DNA of 63,026 bases, the filler included, from Octopus bimaculoides (taxonomy: Eukaryota), in assembly GCF_001194135.2 (NCBI RefSeq). It is 7 parts of 6 records of this genome, joined end to end, with 100 filler letters (N's around TTAATTAATTAA, not from the genome) between each part and the next. Parts side by side here need not be neighbours in the genome. Positions count along the whole stretch, not along the records: positions 4,819 to 12,643 come from NC_068989.1; positions 12,744 to 18,749 come from NC_068986.1; positions 18,850 to 44,227 come from NC_068996.1; 4 more parts are not named here. The stretch is one strand, 5' to 3'. Of this stretch, positions 12,338 through 25,754 are shown in pieces; the stretch's first letter is position 1, and every line of letters begins with the position of its first letter. Below the pieces are notes generated by a model. It was not told the DNA's origin, ran no database searches, and was given only the letters and a program-made list of their open reading frames with translations. The position numbers and the translations under genes are program-made.

Positions 12338-12643
12338 TTATGTGTATGCATGTCATGTACGTATACACTCGATTGCTTTTGTTATGTACATTTTTATGTT
12401 TCTACACATTTCTTGAAGTAAATGCTTTCCCTTTTTTTTTTTAGAATTCAGACAATATGTCAATATGTACATTGAGTAGTAAAGAGTCTTGTAGTCTGTT
12501 ATTCTATTTTACTTATTTATTTTCGATTTGAATATATTTTGTTTATTTAAGAATTGGAATTTTGGAAAATAAAATTTGGATCTAGTTCAAAACGGGGGCA
12601 CCAGTTTTCATTTATGTTTTATGTAGTGTTTTTGGTACCGAAA

Positions 12644-12743
12644 NNNNNNNNNNNNNNNNNNNNNNNNNNNNNNNNNNNNNNNNNNNNTTAATTAATTAAN
12701 NNNNNNNNNNNNNNNNNNNNNNNNNNNNNNNNNNNNNNNNNNN
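12644..12743. other. Artificial assembly join
   Basis: 44 N + TTAATTAATTAA + 44 N. Confidence 0.95.
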
Positions 12744-12855
12744 GTCCACGTTGTTTTGCAGCGTCCTGTACCCAGATAATCATCTATATATACATGTAGA
12801 TGTAGGTATGTACATACATGTACGTATATATGCATATACTCACATATTATTTGTA

Positions 12856-12934
<79 letters not shown>

Positions 12935-13790
12935 GTGTGTGTATATATGTGTGTGCGTGCGTGCGGGCGTGTATCTATGTGTGTGTGTGCGTTGGTGTCT
13001 TAGTGTATGCGCGTGTGTGTTTGTGTGTGCGTATTTTATACATACATACACACATGCAAACATACACAGACACACACACACACACATACATACACACATG
13101 TATAAATTTAAAGTACATGATGTGATTTAAATTTAAATTGTGCGGCAAGTATTGAGATATACGTCTGTGATTGTACACGCATAAGTCTACTTTTATCTAC
13201 ACCCAAGGACACACACATATACGTTTTGTATGCATGGACACATTACATATTCACACGTATATGTATGTCTGTGCTTATACACTCACATACATACAGAAAC
13301 AGACGTAGATTTATATACGCGAATACGTACACAAGGTTACATTACGATGTAACGTGTTAACGTGGACATTTTATAGGCTAGTAGGAAGTTCGCTGGAAAC
13401 GTACATGGAATCAAATTGCTCCATCCTGGACGTGAAGCCATATTTACTCTTCTCTATGTAGCTTTTCCCCTTTTTTTTAATTTTGTTCCTCAAGTTCTTT
13501 CTCTTTCGCTTTTCTTCTGTTGCTGTTTTGATTTACTGTTGCACTAGTTTTTCTGTGAATGTCGTTATTTCTTTTATATTCTTTCTCTTGCGTTTTGTTT
13601 TTCCCCTTTCTTTTATTTCCCCAGTGTTATGACGTCTCCGATGAGCGGGTAATCTGCAAGTGCTATCAGAACATCGGATATTTTCTGACATTCGTTCCGG
13701 CTCTGTATGCTCTGAGTTCATATCCTGCCGAGGTCAGCTTTGTCTTTCATGCTTTCGGAGATCGAGACCTGCTGAGGTATGAATGTTTCT

Positions 13791-14025
13791 TATTCCTTTA
13801 TTGCCCACAAGGGGCTAAACATAGAGGTGACAAACAAGGACAGACAAAGGGATTAAGTCGATTACATCAACCGCAGTGCGTAACTGGTACCTAATTTATC
13901 GACCCCGAAAGGATGAAAAGCAAACTCGACTTCGGCGGAATTTGAACTCAGAACGTAGCGGCAGACGAAATACCGCTAAGCATTTCGCCCGGCGTGATGA
14001 CGTTTCTGCCAGATCGCCGCCTAAT
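13791..14025 (-). mobile_element. Full-length family A SINE with 15-bp TSD
   Basis: GGTATGAATGTTTCT at 13776-13790 and 14026-14040. It sits just downstream of an older + strand SINE remnant at ~13640-13770. Confidence 0.92.
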
Positions 14026-14867
14026 GGTATGAATGTTTCTGCTGTTCTGAGAATCGCACTAAACAACAACAATAGCACTATCTACCTAAACAAAAGCAAC
14101 TACAACAACTACAACAAAAAAAACGAGACCCACGAAGGGCATTAATACGTGGTCAACCGGTTTGCTAGACATAACAGCTTGACAGCTATATAACTTGTCT
14201 TTCCCAATTATATTTTGCAATATTAAAGAAAGGACGTGTGGTGTGGCGAGTCCCATCTTTATAGGGAAATAAAAAAAACTATGGTGTGTTTGAGTCGCCT
14301 GGAATGCATTTGATCATAGCTGTGTTAGATCAGGCTTGACCTGGGGTTAAACGACAACAACAAACAACAACAGCAATAAATCAATCAAGCAAACAAATAA
14401 ACAGTGAAGCAGTGAAACAAGCAAAGCAGAAATTTCTACCCAAAGTAGCATTTTAGCATGAAAACTTGCCCAAAGTAGGCAGCGGCTACGCATGAGCAGA
14501 AAACCAAGATTGGAATTATAGAAATATCAATCGATCTTTAAATATAGATGATGGTTTGACTTAATCACGCACACTTACTCACACACACACACACACACAT
14601 ACTCAGTCATAGACACACACCCGCACAAACACAAGTCCACACACACACACACACACGTGCGCAGGAACACGTATGCACATATATAATCTTTACGATTTTG
14701 ATGTTGGACAAGCTGCCGAAATTCTTTTGCAAGAAAACCATTAACCAAAACACTAGAACACGAAAACCGAAAGCAAAAACGACATCAAGAAGAACAACAC
14801 TAACAACTACAAAAAATGCATGTAGTCATGCATAGGAATATTTATTTATTTATTCTCCATCTTCTTT

Positions 14868-14906
<39 letters not shown>

Positions 14907-15607
14907 TTGTTGCGTTGGTGTAGCGTTTGGAGACTTGCGGTCGCAGATTCCTCAGAGCAAGGAAAAGACTTTAGTTCACCAGACCAAAATAAGCAGTGAT
15001 CGTGTATGAATACGTTAGTGTGAGAGTGTACGTGCATAGATACGTGTGTAAGTGAGTGAAGGAGTGCCTGTATGTGCATGTCTGTATGTGTGTGTGTGTG
15101 CATGTAATATGTAGGTGGGTGCGAGCATGCATGTTTGTGGTGTGAACACATTCGTATATGCTTTAGCATACTTGTTCGTCGAAAAGAATGAAATTAACAC
15201 ACACACAGAAACACACACAAACACGCACACACACAAACACGCACACACACAAACACGCACACACACAAACACGCACACACACAAACGCACGTTCCGCTAC
15301 ACATACACATGCACGCACGCACGAACACATCACATTATATATCTACACGCACACACACAAACACGCATGTGTGTTTGTGAATACATACAATAAAATGCAT
15401 ATATATTTATATATCTTATTTATATGTTGCTTAGGTACAGCAATACGAATAACCTGGTGTGAACATATATACATATGCTTCAGAATAAACAGTTAGTCAG
15501 ATGCAAAGCACTCAGTTCTGAATGCACAGCATCTAAGAGCAGAAACAGTTGTAACCTAATGAAGATCACTGCATAATTTCCTGTTCCTTTGTCAGTAATT
15601 GAATTTC

Positions 15608-15638
<31 letters not shown>

Positions 15639-16026
15639 TGCATGCATGCATGCATGTATGTATGTATGTATGTATGTATGTATGCATGCATGCATGTATG
15701 TATGTATGTATGTATGTATGTATGTGTGTATTGATATATACGTACAAACATACATTCATACATACATATATTCATACGTACATATATATATATATAATGG
15801 AATAATTACTGTGAAGCATTGTGTAGAATAAATGGTGTACAGGATCGTGGAAAAGGCCAAAATTATGCGAAGTAAATACAGGGTAAATCTCAAGAAAACA
15901 AATATGTGAATTAAAGTAGACTTACTTTGTATTCAATATTTCGGGGTTATGACACCATTTTCAAGAAACAGACGAATGATGCCGATGTGTGTGTGTGTGA
16001 GCGTGGAGACGCGTGGAAAGGTGTTG

Positions 16027-16430
16027 CTATAGCAACCAGCTAGCTTCCTGTAACTCTCTTCTGTTGTCGATCTTGTGTTTCTTTTGGTGTATGAGGATGG
16101 CCTCAGAGATTCTAAGGTTGCCCATGTTCCGCTGTTTTGCCTTGATGCCCACCGTGAATTCCCGGGTGTGCCATTTCCGTAGGTTTTCCTTCAAGGAAGT
16201 GTCTACCTGCGTGTGTTCCTTAATTCGTATATGCAGTTTTCTTGTCGTGCTTCCTATGTAGGATGCACCACATTTGCCACAGATGTTCTCATACACAACA
16301 TAGGAATTCTGGCACAATTCAGGGTCATTGATAGGGCAGTTCGACAATGTGCACTCCTCGGAGAAATGAGAGATGTTGTTCTTGGACAGAGCTTTTCTCA
16401 GGGAAGGGCCGGTGCGCACTAACTGTATGT
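16027..16430 (-). mobile_element. Penelope-like GIY-YIG endonuclease fragment
   Basis: CQNSYVVYENICGKCGASYIGSTTRKLHIRIKEH...LRISEAILIH...IDNRRE. Confidence 0.85.
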
Positions 16431-16668
16431 CAAGTCCTTCTCTGCACATATGCATTAAGGAACACATGCAGGCATACTGTGTGCACTAGTATGGGAGCAC
16501 ATAATTATATTCAAGTGTGGGCCAGTGCATAAGTTGGGATGTTTACTGTATGACGAAAATTGAATGTATATTTATCCATAACTTCGTGAGTGATGATTAT
16601 TTGAATTCTGTTTAGTAATATATATTTTAAGTATATATATGCATATACATACATTCATACATCTATCC

Positions 16669-16739
<71 letters not shown>

Positions 16740-16778
16740 TGTGTGTGTGTGTGTGTGTGTGTGTACATACACACACAC

Positions 16779-16809
<31 letters not shown>

Positions 16810-17528
16810 NNNNNNNNNNNNNNNNNNNNNNNNNNNNNNNNNNNNNNNNNNNNNNNNNNNNNNNNNNNNNNNNNNNNNNNNNNNNNNNNNNNNNNNNNNN
16901 NNNNNNNNNNNNNNNNNNNNNNNNNNNNNNNNNNNNNNNNNNNNNNNNNNNNNNNNNNNNNNNNNNNNNNNNNNNNNNTATACACACACGTGCAAACATA
17001 CAATTGATAATTTAAATTTAATGGCACAGTAGATCACAACATATTGTTAGAGAATTGTAGAAAACAGACCATCTCTGCTGGATTGATGAGAAATAAGCGG
17101 TTACTTCATATAAACTTACAACTTTAGGTTTCTGCTTATAATTATTAGAACGCTTTGCTGTGTGATTTATTGCTTGAGTACCTGCCTTGAGAAGCTGCTT
17201 TCTGCAAAACCAGAACGAACACAGCTAATCAAAAGACTACAGCTGCTTGCTGTCATAGGTATTGTGAGAATATGTAAAGCCATTATGAAATTCAGTTAGT
17301 AATATGAACCACATATGCAATGCTACCATTGCCTGCTTATTCATGCCTAAGTACATGCTGGTATCCATACAGCCATACGTGCAGTCAAGCTTATGCATAT
17401 AATACAAAACCTTCTTGGATGTTGTCTACACCCCCAATGAAAAGCCATTGATGGGAAATTTGAAAACTAAAACCAAGGATATACATACAAACAAATACCT
17501 CTATTTTCATATTCACACTTGCATACTA

Positions 17529-17756
17529 TTGGGTTGTCCGCAAAGTTCGTGCCGATATTTAAAGGAAAGAAAAAGGTCAATAAATACTCGCCATTACATT
17601 TTTAATCAACCAAATATGAACCATTTTGTTGCACAATGCGTCTCCATCTTTCCTTCAACTTGAAAATACCCTCTTCCCAGAATTGAGGTGGTTTCATGGC
17701 AAATAAGTCGAAAGGTAAGCTACTATGAATCGGCACGATCTTTCCGGACAATCCAA
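17529..17756 (-). mobile_element. Mariner deletion derivative (228 bp) with both TIRs and TA TSD
   Basis: TA|TTGGGTTGTCCGCAAAGTTCGTGCCGAT...ATCGGCACGATCTTTCCGGACAATCCAA|TA. Interior encodes the mariner C-terminus FWEEGIFKLKERWRRIVQQNGSY. Confidence 0.9.
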
Positions 17757-18387
17757 TACATACATACGAATACACACATAAAAGCACGCATATACATGCA
17801 TGCATTCATCCAAATAACGATTCAATTACTTACATCCATACATCGCTACACAAACACATCCATCGATACTCTCATACACATCCATCCATCCATCCATACA
17901 TACATACATACATACATACATACATACATGCATACATACATACCTGCATACATACATGGAAAACCACATATCGATATAAATATCTCTATGAATACCTTAG
18001 AATTGGGCAAACATGTCCCACCTCCGAAATACTATTGAACAGAGAGCAGCCTATTCTTCTAAATACTAGCCCTAAGGCCCTAAGTTATAGTGGAAGACAT
18101 ATCCCCTTACATGACGTCACCTTATTTGAATAAAACAACTTACAAATTCATAAGAGAGTAGCGCAACGACGTAGAAAACATTGTCTTTTGATCATGCTTG
18201 CCTTTTCGGTCGCATTTGAAAATGTAGAAGTTTTTATAGTAACATTAAACCATGGGATCTTACGATCTCCTATAGAGTACTTTTGAATGTGTATAACTAA
18301 ACATATTGTTCGAATGTATGTATGCGTGTATGTAGTGCGAGTGTATGTATATATAAATGTAAGTATGTATGTATGCATGCATGTAGG

Positions 18388-18452
<65 letters not shown>

Positions 18453-18749
18453 ATACGTATGTGTGCATACATGTTAGTGTATGTATGCGTTTGTTTATCT
18501 CTGTCTGACTGGTGTCTCTCTTTCTCTCTCTCTCTCTCTCTCACTCGCTCACTTTCTCACTCTTACTCTCTCCCCTTTTATTACTCTCTCCATCTCTTAC
18601 TCTCCCTATCTCTTACACTCTCTTAATCTCTCCCAAAATATGTGTGTGTGCGCGTGCGTATTTATGTACATATATATATAAATAAATACACATATAATTC
18701 ACGCAACTGTATACACTCCCCCTATATATATATATATATATATATATAT

Positions 18750-18849
18750 NNNNNNNNNNNNNNNNNNNNNNNNNNNNNNNNNNNNNNNNNNNNTTAATTA
18801 ATTAANNNNNNNNNNNNNNNNNNNNNNNNNNNNNNNNNNNNNNNNNNNN
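18750..18849. other. Artificial assembly join
   Basis: 44 N + TTAATTAATTAA + 44 N. Confidence 0.95.
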
Positions 18850-19245
18850 GATAGTGACTCCGCAATTAGTGCAAGGTCATCAGCATAGAGGAGCTCCCAG
18901 GGGCAACCTGTCTTGAATTTCTCTGTGATCGCCTGGAGGACTATGATAAATAGGAGGGAGCTGAGGACGGAACCTTGGTGGACCCCTACCTCTACCCAGC
19001 ATTCATTACTGTACTCATTTCCAACCCTCACCTTACTGGCAGCATCTCTGTACATGGCTCGCACAGCTCTCACTAACCATTCTTCTATCCCAAGTTTCCT
19101 CATTGACCACCAGATAAGGGATCGGGGGACCGTGTCAAAGGCTTTCTCCATGTCAACGAAGGCCAGGTACAGAGGTTTATCCTCGGCTAGGTATTTCTCC
19201 TGCAGCTGTTTCACTAGAAATATGGCATCAGTAGTGCTTTTACCC
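18850..19245 (-). mobile_element. RTE-clade LINE reverse transcriptase fragment
   Basis: GKSTTDAIF...FVDMEKAFDTVPR...GVHQGSVLS...LLYADDLALIAES. Confidence 0.9.
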
Positions 19246-20254
19246 ATATACATATATTAAAAAATATTAGATAATTCTCATTTATTCCTTAGGCATCATA
19301 CCCACCCCAACCTATGTCTTTCACTATGGTGTTAAAGTTATCTAGGGAACCTGCTGAAGGATTTATTATAAAAATGCTCACAGTATATTGCTAATTTCTG
19401 CCTACGGTTAATAATATCACTCACTGACCTAAGTATTTAGAATGATTCCTCTAGGCAAAGTTCACATCTACTTCACAGTATGTGAGTGTTCTAAAAGTAT
19501 AGTTACTGCAATTAAATTGGCTGGAGTTCAGAGGACTGTTACCTTTGTTAGTAACAAAATGCCTCTCTCTCAGAGTGAAAGGCAAATTGTAGGTTGCTTG
19601 AGGCAAAAGCAATAAAGAAGTTCCAATCTCTAAATGTAAAGACTAACCTCAAGATGTTGAGTCTCGTGGAGGAAATTATGAACGACTAAGATCTTTGGCA
19701 GTATGTTGTGCTTAAAAAGCATCTCTGCAAATATGAGGTCCTTTCAAGAACTTCTCCAACATTCCATCTCCTGACACTCTCAACCTTCCATCAATCTTTT
19801 AACTATGACATTACTCATTCAGGTGCTGTAAATGATACCATTTATCACCCTCCGCTTCACATTTCTTCTTATTACTGTCCTTTATCACTTCTTATTCTCC
19901 TTCCTCAATTTATCCCTATTTCTTTTACTGCCTCAAAACTGATATTCATCACTGACCATGCCTCTACCTTTCGGCCCCATTCACTACTTCTACCTATATC
20001 ATCTTCTCTAACCATCTGTCACACTCCTTTCATCCTCTCGGGAACTGACTGATCATGTTGCCCTTATTCAGAATCTTATATTCACTTTGTACCTTGAGGT
20101 TATACCTTCACCAACTCTTCCTGTCTTTCCAGCTGAGGAAGCCATGTATTTCCTCAGTAAGACATTTATTACTGTCCCTTTATTATATTGTAACCTCTCA
20201 ATAGCTTGGCATAAAGCCACCTCTCTCAATACTACATCTCTGCTTAGTTGAGGG

Positions 20255-20460
20255 GAGTTCCTTGGTCATCTTGCTAGTGCTGGTGCCACTGGAAAAAGCA
20301 TGCAGAACACTCTGTAAAGTGGTTCACGTTAAGAAGAGTATTAAACTGTAAAACCATACCAAAGCAGAAATTAGAGCTTGGCACAGTCTTCTGGCTTGTC
20401 AGTTCATGTTAAATTGTCCAACCCATGCTAGCATGGGAAATGGATGTTAGGTGATGCTTG
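20255..20460 (+). repeat. Old retroposon 3' tail (RTE-associated type), CpG-decayed
   Basis: Ends in CCAACCCATGCTAGCATGG..ATGGATGTTA.GTGATG. Homologous to 21775-21917 (-) and 36255-36590 (+). Confidence 0.65.
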
Positions 20461-20491
20461 TGATATAATATATATAATTTTTTGTTCTTAG

Positions 20492-20620
20492 AATGAATTA
20501 AATCTAAATGAAGAAAAGAAGGCTCCGTTAAGAAACAAATCTATTGAGGAGAAGAAAAAGATGCTTGATATTCAAGATGAAAAGAAAAAAATGCTTGAAA
20601 ATCAAGCAAAGAGTAGTAAA
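20492..20620 (+). CDS. DIAPH: Diaphanous-related formin, GBD exon (first exon visible): NELNLNEEKKAPLRNKSIEEKKKMLDIQDEKKKMLENQAKSSK
   Basis: TTCTTAG acceptor, GTAAGT donor, 129 nt, phase 0/0. Matches the DIAPH2-type motif DMNLNEEKKAPLRNK. Confidence 0.92.
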
Positions 20621-21062
20621 GTAAGTATTTTATATATATTTTTTTGTGCTTGCATTATTATTGAATGATTAGCTAAGTTATACAGGTCCCTGATACACTC
20701 TTTGACTACATAAAAGTGATCTAAAGGAAGTAACTTAAGTTGACCAATTGCACAAATTTAGATAATTCATTTTGATGTATTTGAATCATATGCTAAAAGA
20801 TCTCAGTGAATTAAAATTTGCATCTTAGTTGAAAACAGAAAAATAAAACCTGGCATTAATTGTTAATAACTCTCTCTTTTGCCACCAGGTTTTTGTTTTG
20901 TTTTTGTTTAAACTTCAGGTTTTAATTCATTGAGAATTTTCTGTTTTCAATTTTGATACAAATCAGTTTTTTAATATATTATTTTATCAGTTTAAGGAAG
21001 GAAACTTAAAATCACATATAAGATATTAAATTGTGTGTGTGTGTGCATGTGTAAGAGTGAGT

Positions 21063-21101
<39 letters not shown>

Positions 21102-21344
21102 TGAGAGAGAGAGAGAGAGAATACTCAACTTGCTATCTCCAAATGCTACAAGAAGCATTACATTGCTCTTATGTATGGTGCACTGCTCTTTTAGAAATAA
21201 AAATCAGCCTCTAATTCTCCAAGAAGCATAGAACAAAATGACTGCAAAATTTTAAATAATACTTGTTAATAGTAAAATGAATTATTGATTTCAGTGTTAT
21301 TAATTTGAGAATTACTTTATAGATAAATATATGTTTCTTTATAG

Positions 21345-21466
21345 CAAAATGTCCTCAGAACACCAGAACATTTTATCGCATCTCTTCAAGATCCCAGTCT
21401 TAAAGGGGAAAAACGATTAAAAGTTTTAGAATCTGCACGAGTGTCTTTATCAAGCAATCCAGTCAG
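21345..21466 (+). CDS. DIAPH: Diaphanous formin exon: QNVLRTPEHFIASLQDPSLKGEKRLKVLESARVSLSSNPVS
   Basis: TTTATAG/GTAATT, 122 nt, phase 0/2. Matches LESLRVSLTSNPVSW of DIAPH proteins. Confidence 0.93.
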
Positions 21467-21774
21467 GTAATTTAATTTCTGATCATTGAGTATGATGATT
21501 ATGATAAAATGAGTAGATTGATGAAATTAAATGAGGAAAGGAAGGAAATTGGATGAATGTTATTGAAGAACCCTGGTCATTTATTGCTGTTTTTTTAACA
21601 CCAAGTTATCTATGATAGAACATCATATTTTGTGTACTTTGTCCAATGTGTTCTTTCTTTTTTTTAAGATGTTTGGTATGATGTGAGGGAAAGGAAGAGG
21701 CTGTTTCTTGCAGGTTAAGCAACTCTGTCAGGGTTTCCTTGCTTTGCTCCATCATCAGAATGTGTTGTATGCTG

Positions 21775-21917
21775 GAGCTGGTAAGCCAGAGGAGTATGTC
21801 AAGCTCTACTGTCTGCTTTGGTGTGGTATTTATGGTTGGTCACCTTCCTAATACCAATGACTTTACAGAATGTGCTGGGTGCTTTTTGTGTGACAGCAAC
21901 ACCAACAAGGTCACCAA
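21775..21917 (-). repeat. Old retroposon 3' tail, inverted relative to 20255-20460
   Basis: Reverse complement aligns with 20261-20405 (TTGGT.A.CTTG..GTG...AAAAAGCA..CAG.ACA.TCTGTAAAGT...ACCAAAGCAGA...TAGAGCTTG.CA). Confidence 0.65.
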
Positions 21918-22439
21918 GTAACTGGCAATATAAAACCCTTCAACTGTGAGGAGAGTGATATGGAGGGAGGTGGCTTTGTGCCAGGTGATGATCAGTTAGA
22001 GGGAAAGAAACAGGTGCCATGCACTAATGGAGATACTTGGCTATCCCAGTTGAAACAAGAGAAGAGAGAGGAAAGGGGAGAGAGAAAGAAGATGGTGAAG
22101 ATGTGTTGGGGTACATCCTCAAGTAACAGGGAGGAGTATGTAAGTGAAGTAGTACAGAGGCTTGGATAGGGTGAGTGGGCAGGTAAGTTCCAGAGTGCAA
22201 AAGCAGAGTGGTTGATGGTGGGGAGGGGAATGCAGTGAGTGACCACAGATGGAAGAAAGAGAGTTACAAAGATGAGTTGTGGGGAAGGAAGACTTGTCAG
22301 GGACAAATTGTGTGCAGGTAAGTTTGCAAGAGTGTAAAAGGAGAGTGGGATGAAGTGAGTGGTGAGCATGGGTGGAATGAAGGAGAGATATTAGAAAGAT
22401 GAGTTGTGGAGAAGAAAGACAAAGACATGAACAATATAC

Positions 22440-23530
22440 CTTTTAGGGCCTCATTTTTATTTAAATGCCAATCATCTCAGTTATTTGTCATCTCCTCTGT
22501 GAGGATCAACATATAAAGGTCATTTTGTTCCACTTTGTTCCTTGTTTTCCTGGGCTTATCTCTTCCACAGGTTCCTTCCATACTTAAGGAATGATACATC
22601 TTTATGCAGCTATCTCCCATCCATATCCATCACATGACTATATCAGCATAATCACCTCTCTTGCATACTACATCTGATGCCTCTTATGCCAATTTCTATT
22701 TCATCACATTTACACTTTGTCGTACACATTTACCTTTTCATACATGCTTCATTTCTCTCAAGCCTTCACTTACCCTTTGCATTCACAATCCATGTTTCAC
22801 TACTACGTAGCATAGCTGTTTGTAGACAGGCATCATACAATCTGCTTTTCACTCTGAGTGAGAGGCCCTTTGTTATCAACAAAGTTAATAGCTCTCTGAA
22901 CTTTCACCAACCTTTTCTGATTCTAGTAACTAGGCTTTCAGAACATCCTCCTCAACTGCTGATTAGGTCACCTAAGTAACAGAAGCTATCTACTACCTCT
23001 GAGGATCCTCCAATTGAGGGAATCTATTTTCTGATGTTCTTAGTGTTTAGTATGCTTGCACATTTTCCACTTACAAAGACAACTTTCTCAGTGCAGCTTT
23101 CAGTGATTCTGAGCTTCTTATGTACCCATAGCTTGCTCTGGGTACACCATATGAAATTTCTAGTGACACCTTTTCTATATATCAAGCAGGGCCATTTCCT
23201 AAAAGGGATTAGTAATTTGTCTGCTTTCTTGCTTACTAGGACTTTGGTCTTTGCTATGGCCCTTCAGTTCCACACCTGAAATTTCTTGCTCCCACACCCG
23301 AAATTTCTCTTCTAATTCTACTTATGGATTTAGCTATAAAAACAAAGTCGTTAGCATAAAGGGGTTCCAAGTCTTAAACTCCTCTCTTACAACCTGGAGG
23401 ACTCTGATAAATAAGAAGGGGCTGAAAACCAAGTCCTGGTTAACTCCTTCCTGCACATTAAATTCATTGCTAACTTTCACCTTACTGATAACACTCCTGT
23501 ACTTGGCCTGGATGGCTCTCACTAGCCCTG
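22440..23530 (-). mobile_element. Heavily degenerate RTE LINE (RT to C-terminus)
   Basis: RAIQAKYRSVISKVKVSNEFNVQEGVNQDLVFSPFLFI is homologous to the 18850-19245 RT. Boundaries approximate. Confidence 0.65.
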
Positions 23531-23634
23531 TTGTATGTAGAAAGGTGTGAATTTTTTATATTTGATTGTTATATTGAGTAGTTTAAGTGATTACATAAAT
23601 GTCCCTCCATTGGCTTGTCTTTTCGAGATATATA

Positions 23635-24018
23635 TTCTTTTATTTTAGTTGTTTCAGTCATTTGACTGCGACCATGCTGGAGCACCGCCTTGGAGGGTTT
23701 TAGTCGAGCAATTGACCCCAGGACTTATTTTTTAAGCCTAGCACTTATTCTATCGGTCTCTTTTGCCGAACCAACACTGGTTGTCAAGTCGTGATAGGAG
23801 GATAGACACATAAAAAGATACACACTCAGATATATACATCTATATATATTTATATGACATGCTTCTTTCAGTTTCTATCTACCAAATCCACTCACAAGGC
23901 ACTGGTTGGTCTGAGGCTATAGTAGAAGACACTTGCTCAAGGTGCCATGCAGTGGGACTGAATCCAGACCCATGTGGTTGGGAAACAAACTTCTTACCAC
24001 ACAGCCACAGCTGCGCCT
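23635..24018 (-). mobile_element. Family B SINE, CpG-decayed copy in a formin intron
   Basis: Collinear with other family B copies; shows CCGTCT>CTATCT, CACGC>CATGC and CCCGG>TCCAG relative to the 28447-28841 copy. Confidence 0.85.
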
Positions 24019-25662
24019 ATACATACTCACTTATATTTTACATATATATGGTATTTAGAGATCTGGATGGTTGTACATATACAAATATTTATTAACATGT
24101 CATATGTTTTTACAAGTCACATATTAAATGCTTTCATCTACTCTAATAGATTCTTAAGATTTAAATTTTGTGAAGGGATTTGTCTCTTTTTATAGTATTA
24201 GTGAATGGGTTGTGGTGGGGAGAGAGGGGGAAAGAAGAATAATGTGGAGTGTATAGGGTAGAAAAAGAGGGAGAGGAATGGGGAGATAGTGGAGGGAGAA
24301 AGTGAGAGAGTGTGTGTATGCTTGCATGTTTGTGTGTGCCTGTGTATCTGAAAGGAAGTGTTTTGGACAAGAGACAACGAAAAAGAATGTATATTTTTAA
24401 GTAGGTGGCTAGAAGAGATGCTTATTTTGGTTCAGCCAGCTCAGCAGGGGGTCTGAAAGAAAAATGTTTTCAAAGTGAAAAAATGTGTTTTTTCTTAATG
24501 TCAATGGAAAAGAGAAAGGAAGGAAGAAAGAATGAAGAAAAAAATGTATCCAGTTGGTCAGTTCTTTCAATAGATGACAAGTTTATTCTTGGTCTGTAAA
24601 AATGGCAAGACCAGGTGGTTACTCTAAGGAGGGGGGGGGGCTGTTTTGATGAGGAATAATGAAAGTTATTTTTCAAAAAATTGTCTGGACTTATTATCAT
24701 CATTATCATTGTCCAATGCTTGATTCCCATACTGGTATGGGTTGGAAAATCTGGGTGCAAGAATGTTTCTATTTATGTATATACATACAGACACACACAC
24801 ATGCATATATTTTAGGGTTCCAGATGGGTTTCATCACAGACTCTCATAACCTAGGATCATTAGAAGGGAAATATTACAATATTGCAATCACTTGATGGCT
24901 ATAATTGTGTATGTGTATATTCAGACATATCTAATTTAATATCGTATATATTTTACACCATGCTTGATTTTAGTATCACCTTGTCAAATTTTATAATGGA
25001 CTGTATCTCATAGATCAAACCCTGACTGAATAAATACAGATTGCACCAGCATGAAACCTGTGATTCTAGAGTATTGATGTAATTCTATCATTCAGTGTTC
25101 AGTATTCATTTCATTTCTGATGACTGTAATATATATAACAAGTCGAGTTAATTGCCAAATTAAAGTGACTGTTCCTTGTTACTACTAATTTATTCCCAGG
25201 CAGATCTTCCATCAGCTGATTATAGGTGCAGCGCTGTACCCTATTTATTGCTAGCAGAGGGAATAAACCCCAAGCAGACAACAGGATCCCAAGACTGACT
25301 CAGTTTCAAGCTGGTTGGCTCATCCTCAGTCGCAAGTACCTGGTTGCTAGAACGATAGCCAGGGTCTGCTCTAGCCAGCAATATATTGTAAACAAAGTGA
25401 CCATCGGTCACTGATTTGCAACAAGCGAAGTAACTAGTTGTAAAATTTCAAGAGATCAGAGTAGTAACTACACTAACAAAGTTAATCACCACATGAAAGT
25501 GGCTGTTCCATATCACTACTAGCTTAACCCCAGATTATATATATACAAAATATAGGAGTTTAGTTCACAGGTGATCTAAACGACAAGGTTTGCTAGGTAA
25601 ATGCTGTGATGGATTACTAAGGCTCCAAGGGCATAGGTATGACAGTAATTATGGAGCCATTG

Positions 25663-25754
25663 CTTTCTGATATAGTGGATATATAATTGTTAAAGAGGAC
25701 AGAAACAGCTGTAAGACTTTGCATTTTGGGATATCCCAGAAACAGCAATAAGAC
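25663..25754 (+). ncRNA. Degenerate, partly tandem-duplicated copy of the 2279-2326 hammerhead-like motif
   Basis: CTGATATAGTGGATATATAA...GAAACAGCTGTAAGAC, followed by GGGATATCCCAGAAACAGCAATAAGAC. Confidence 0.45.
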
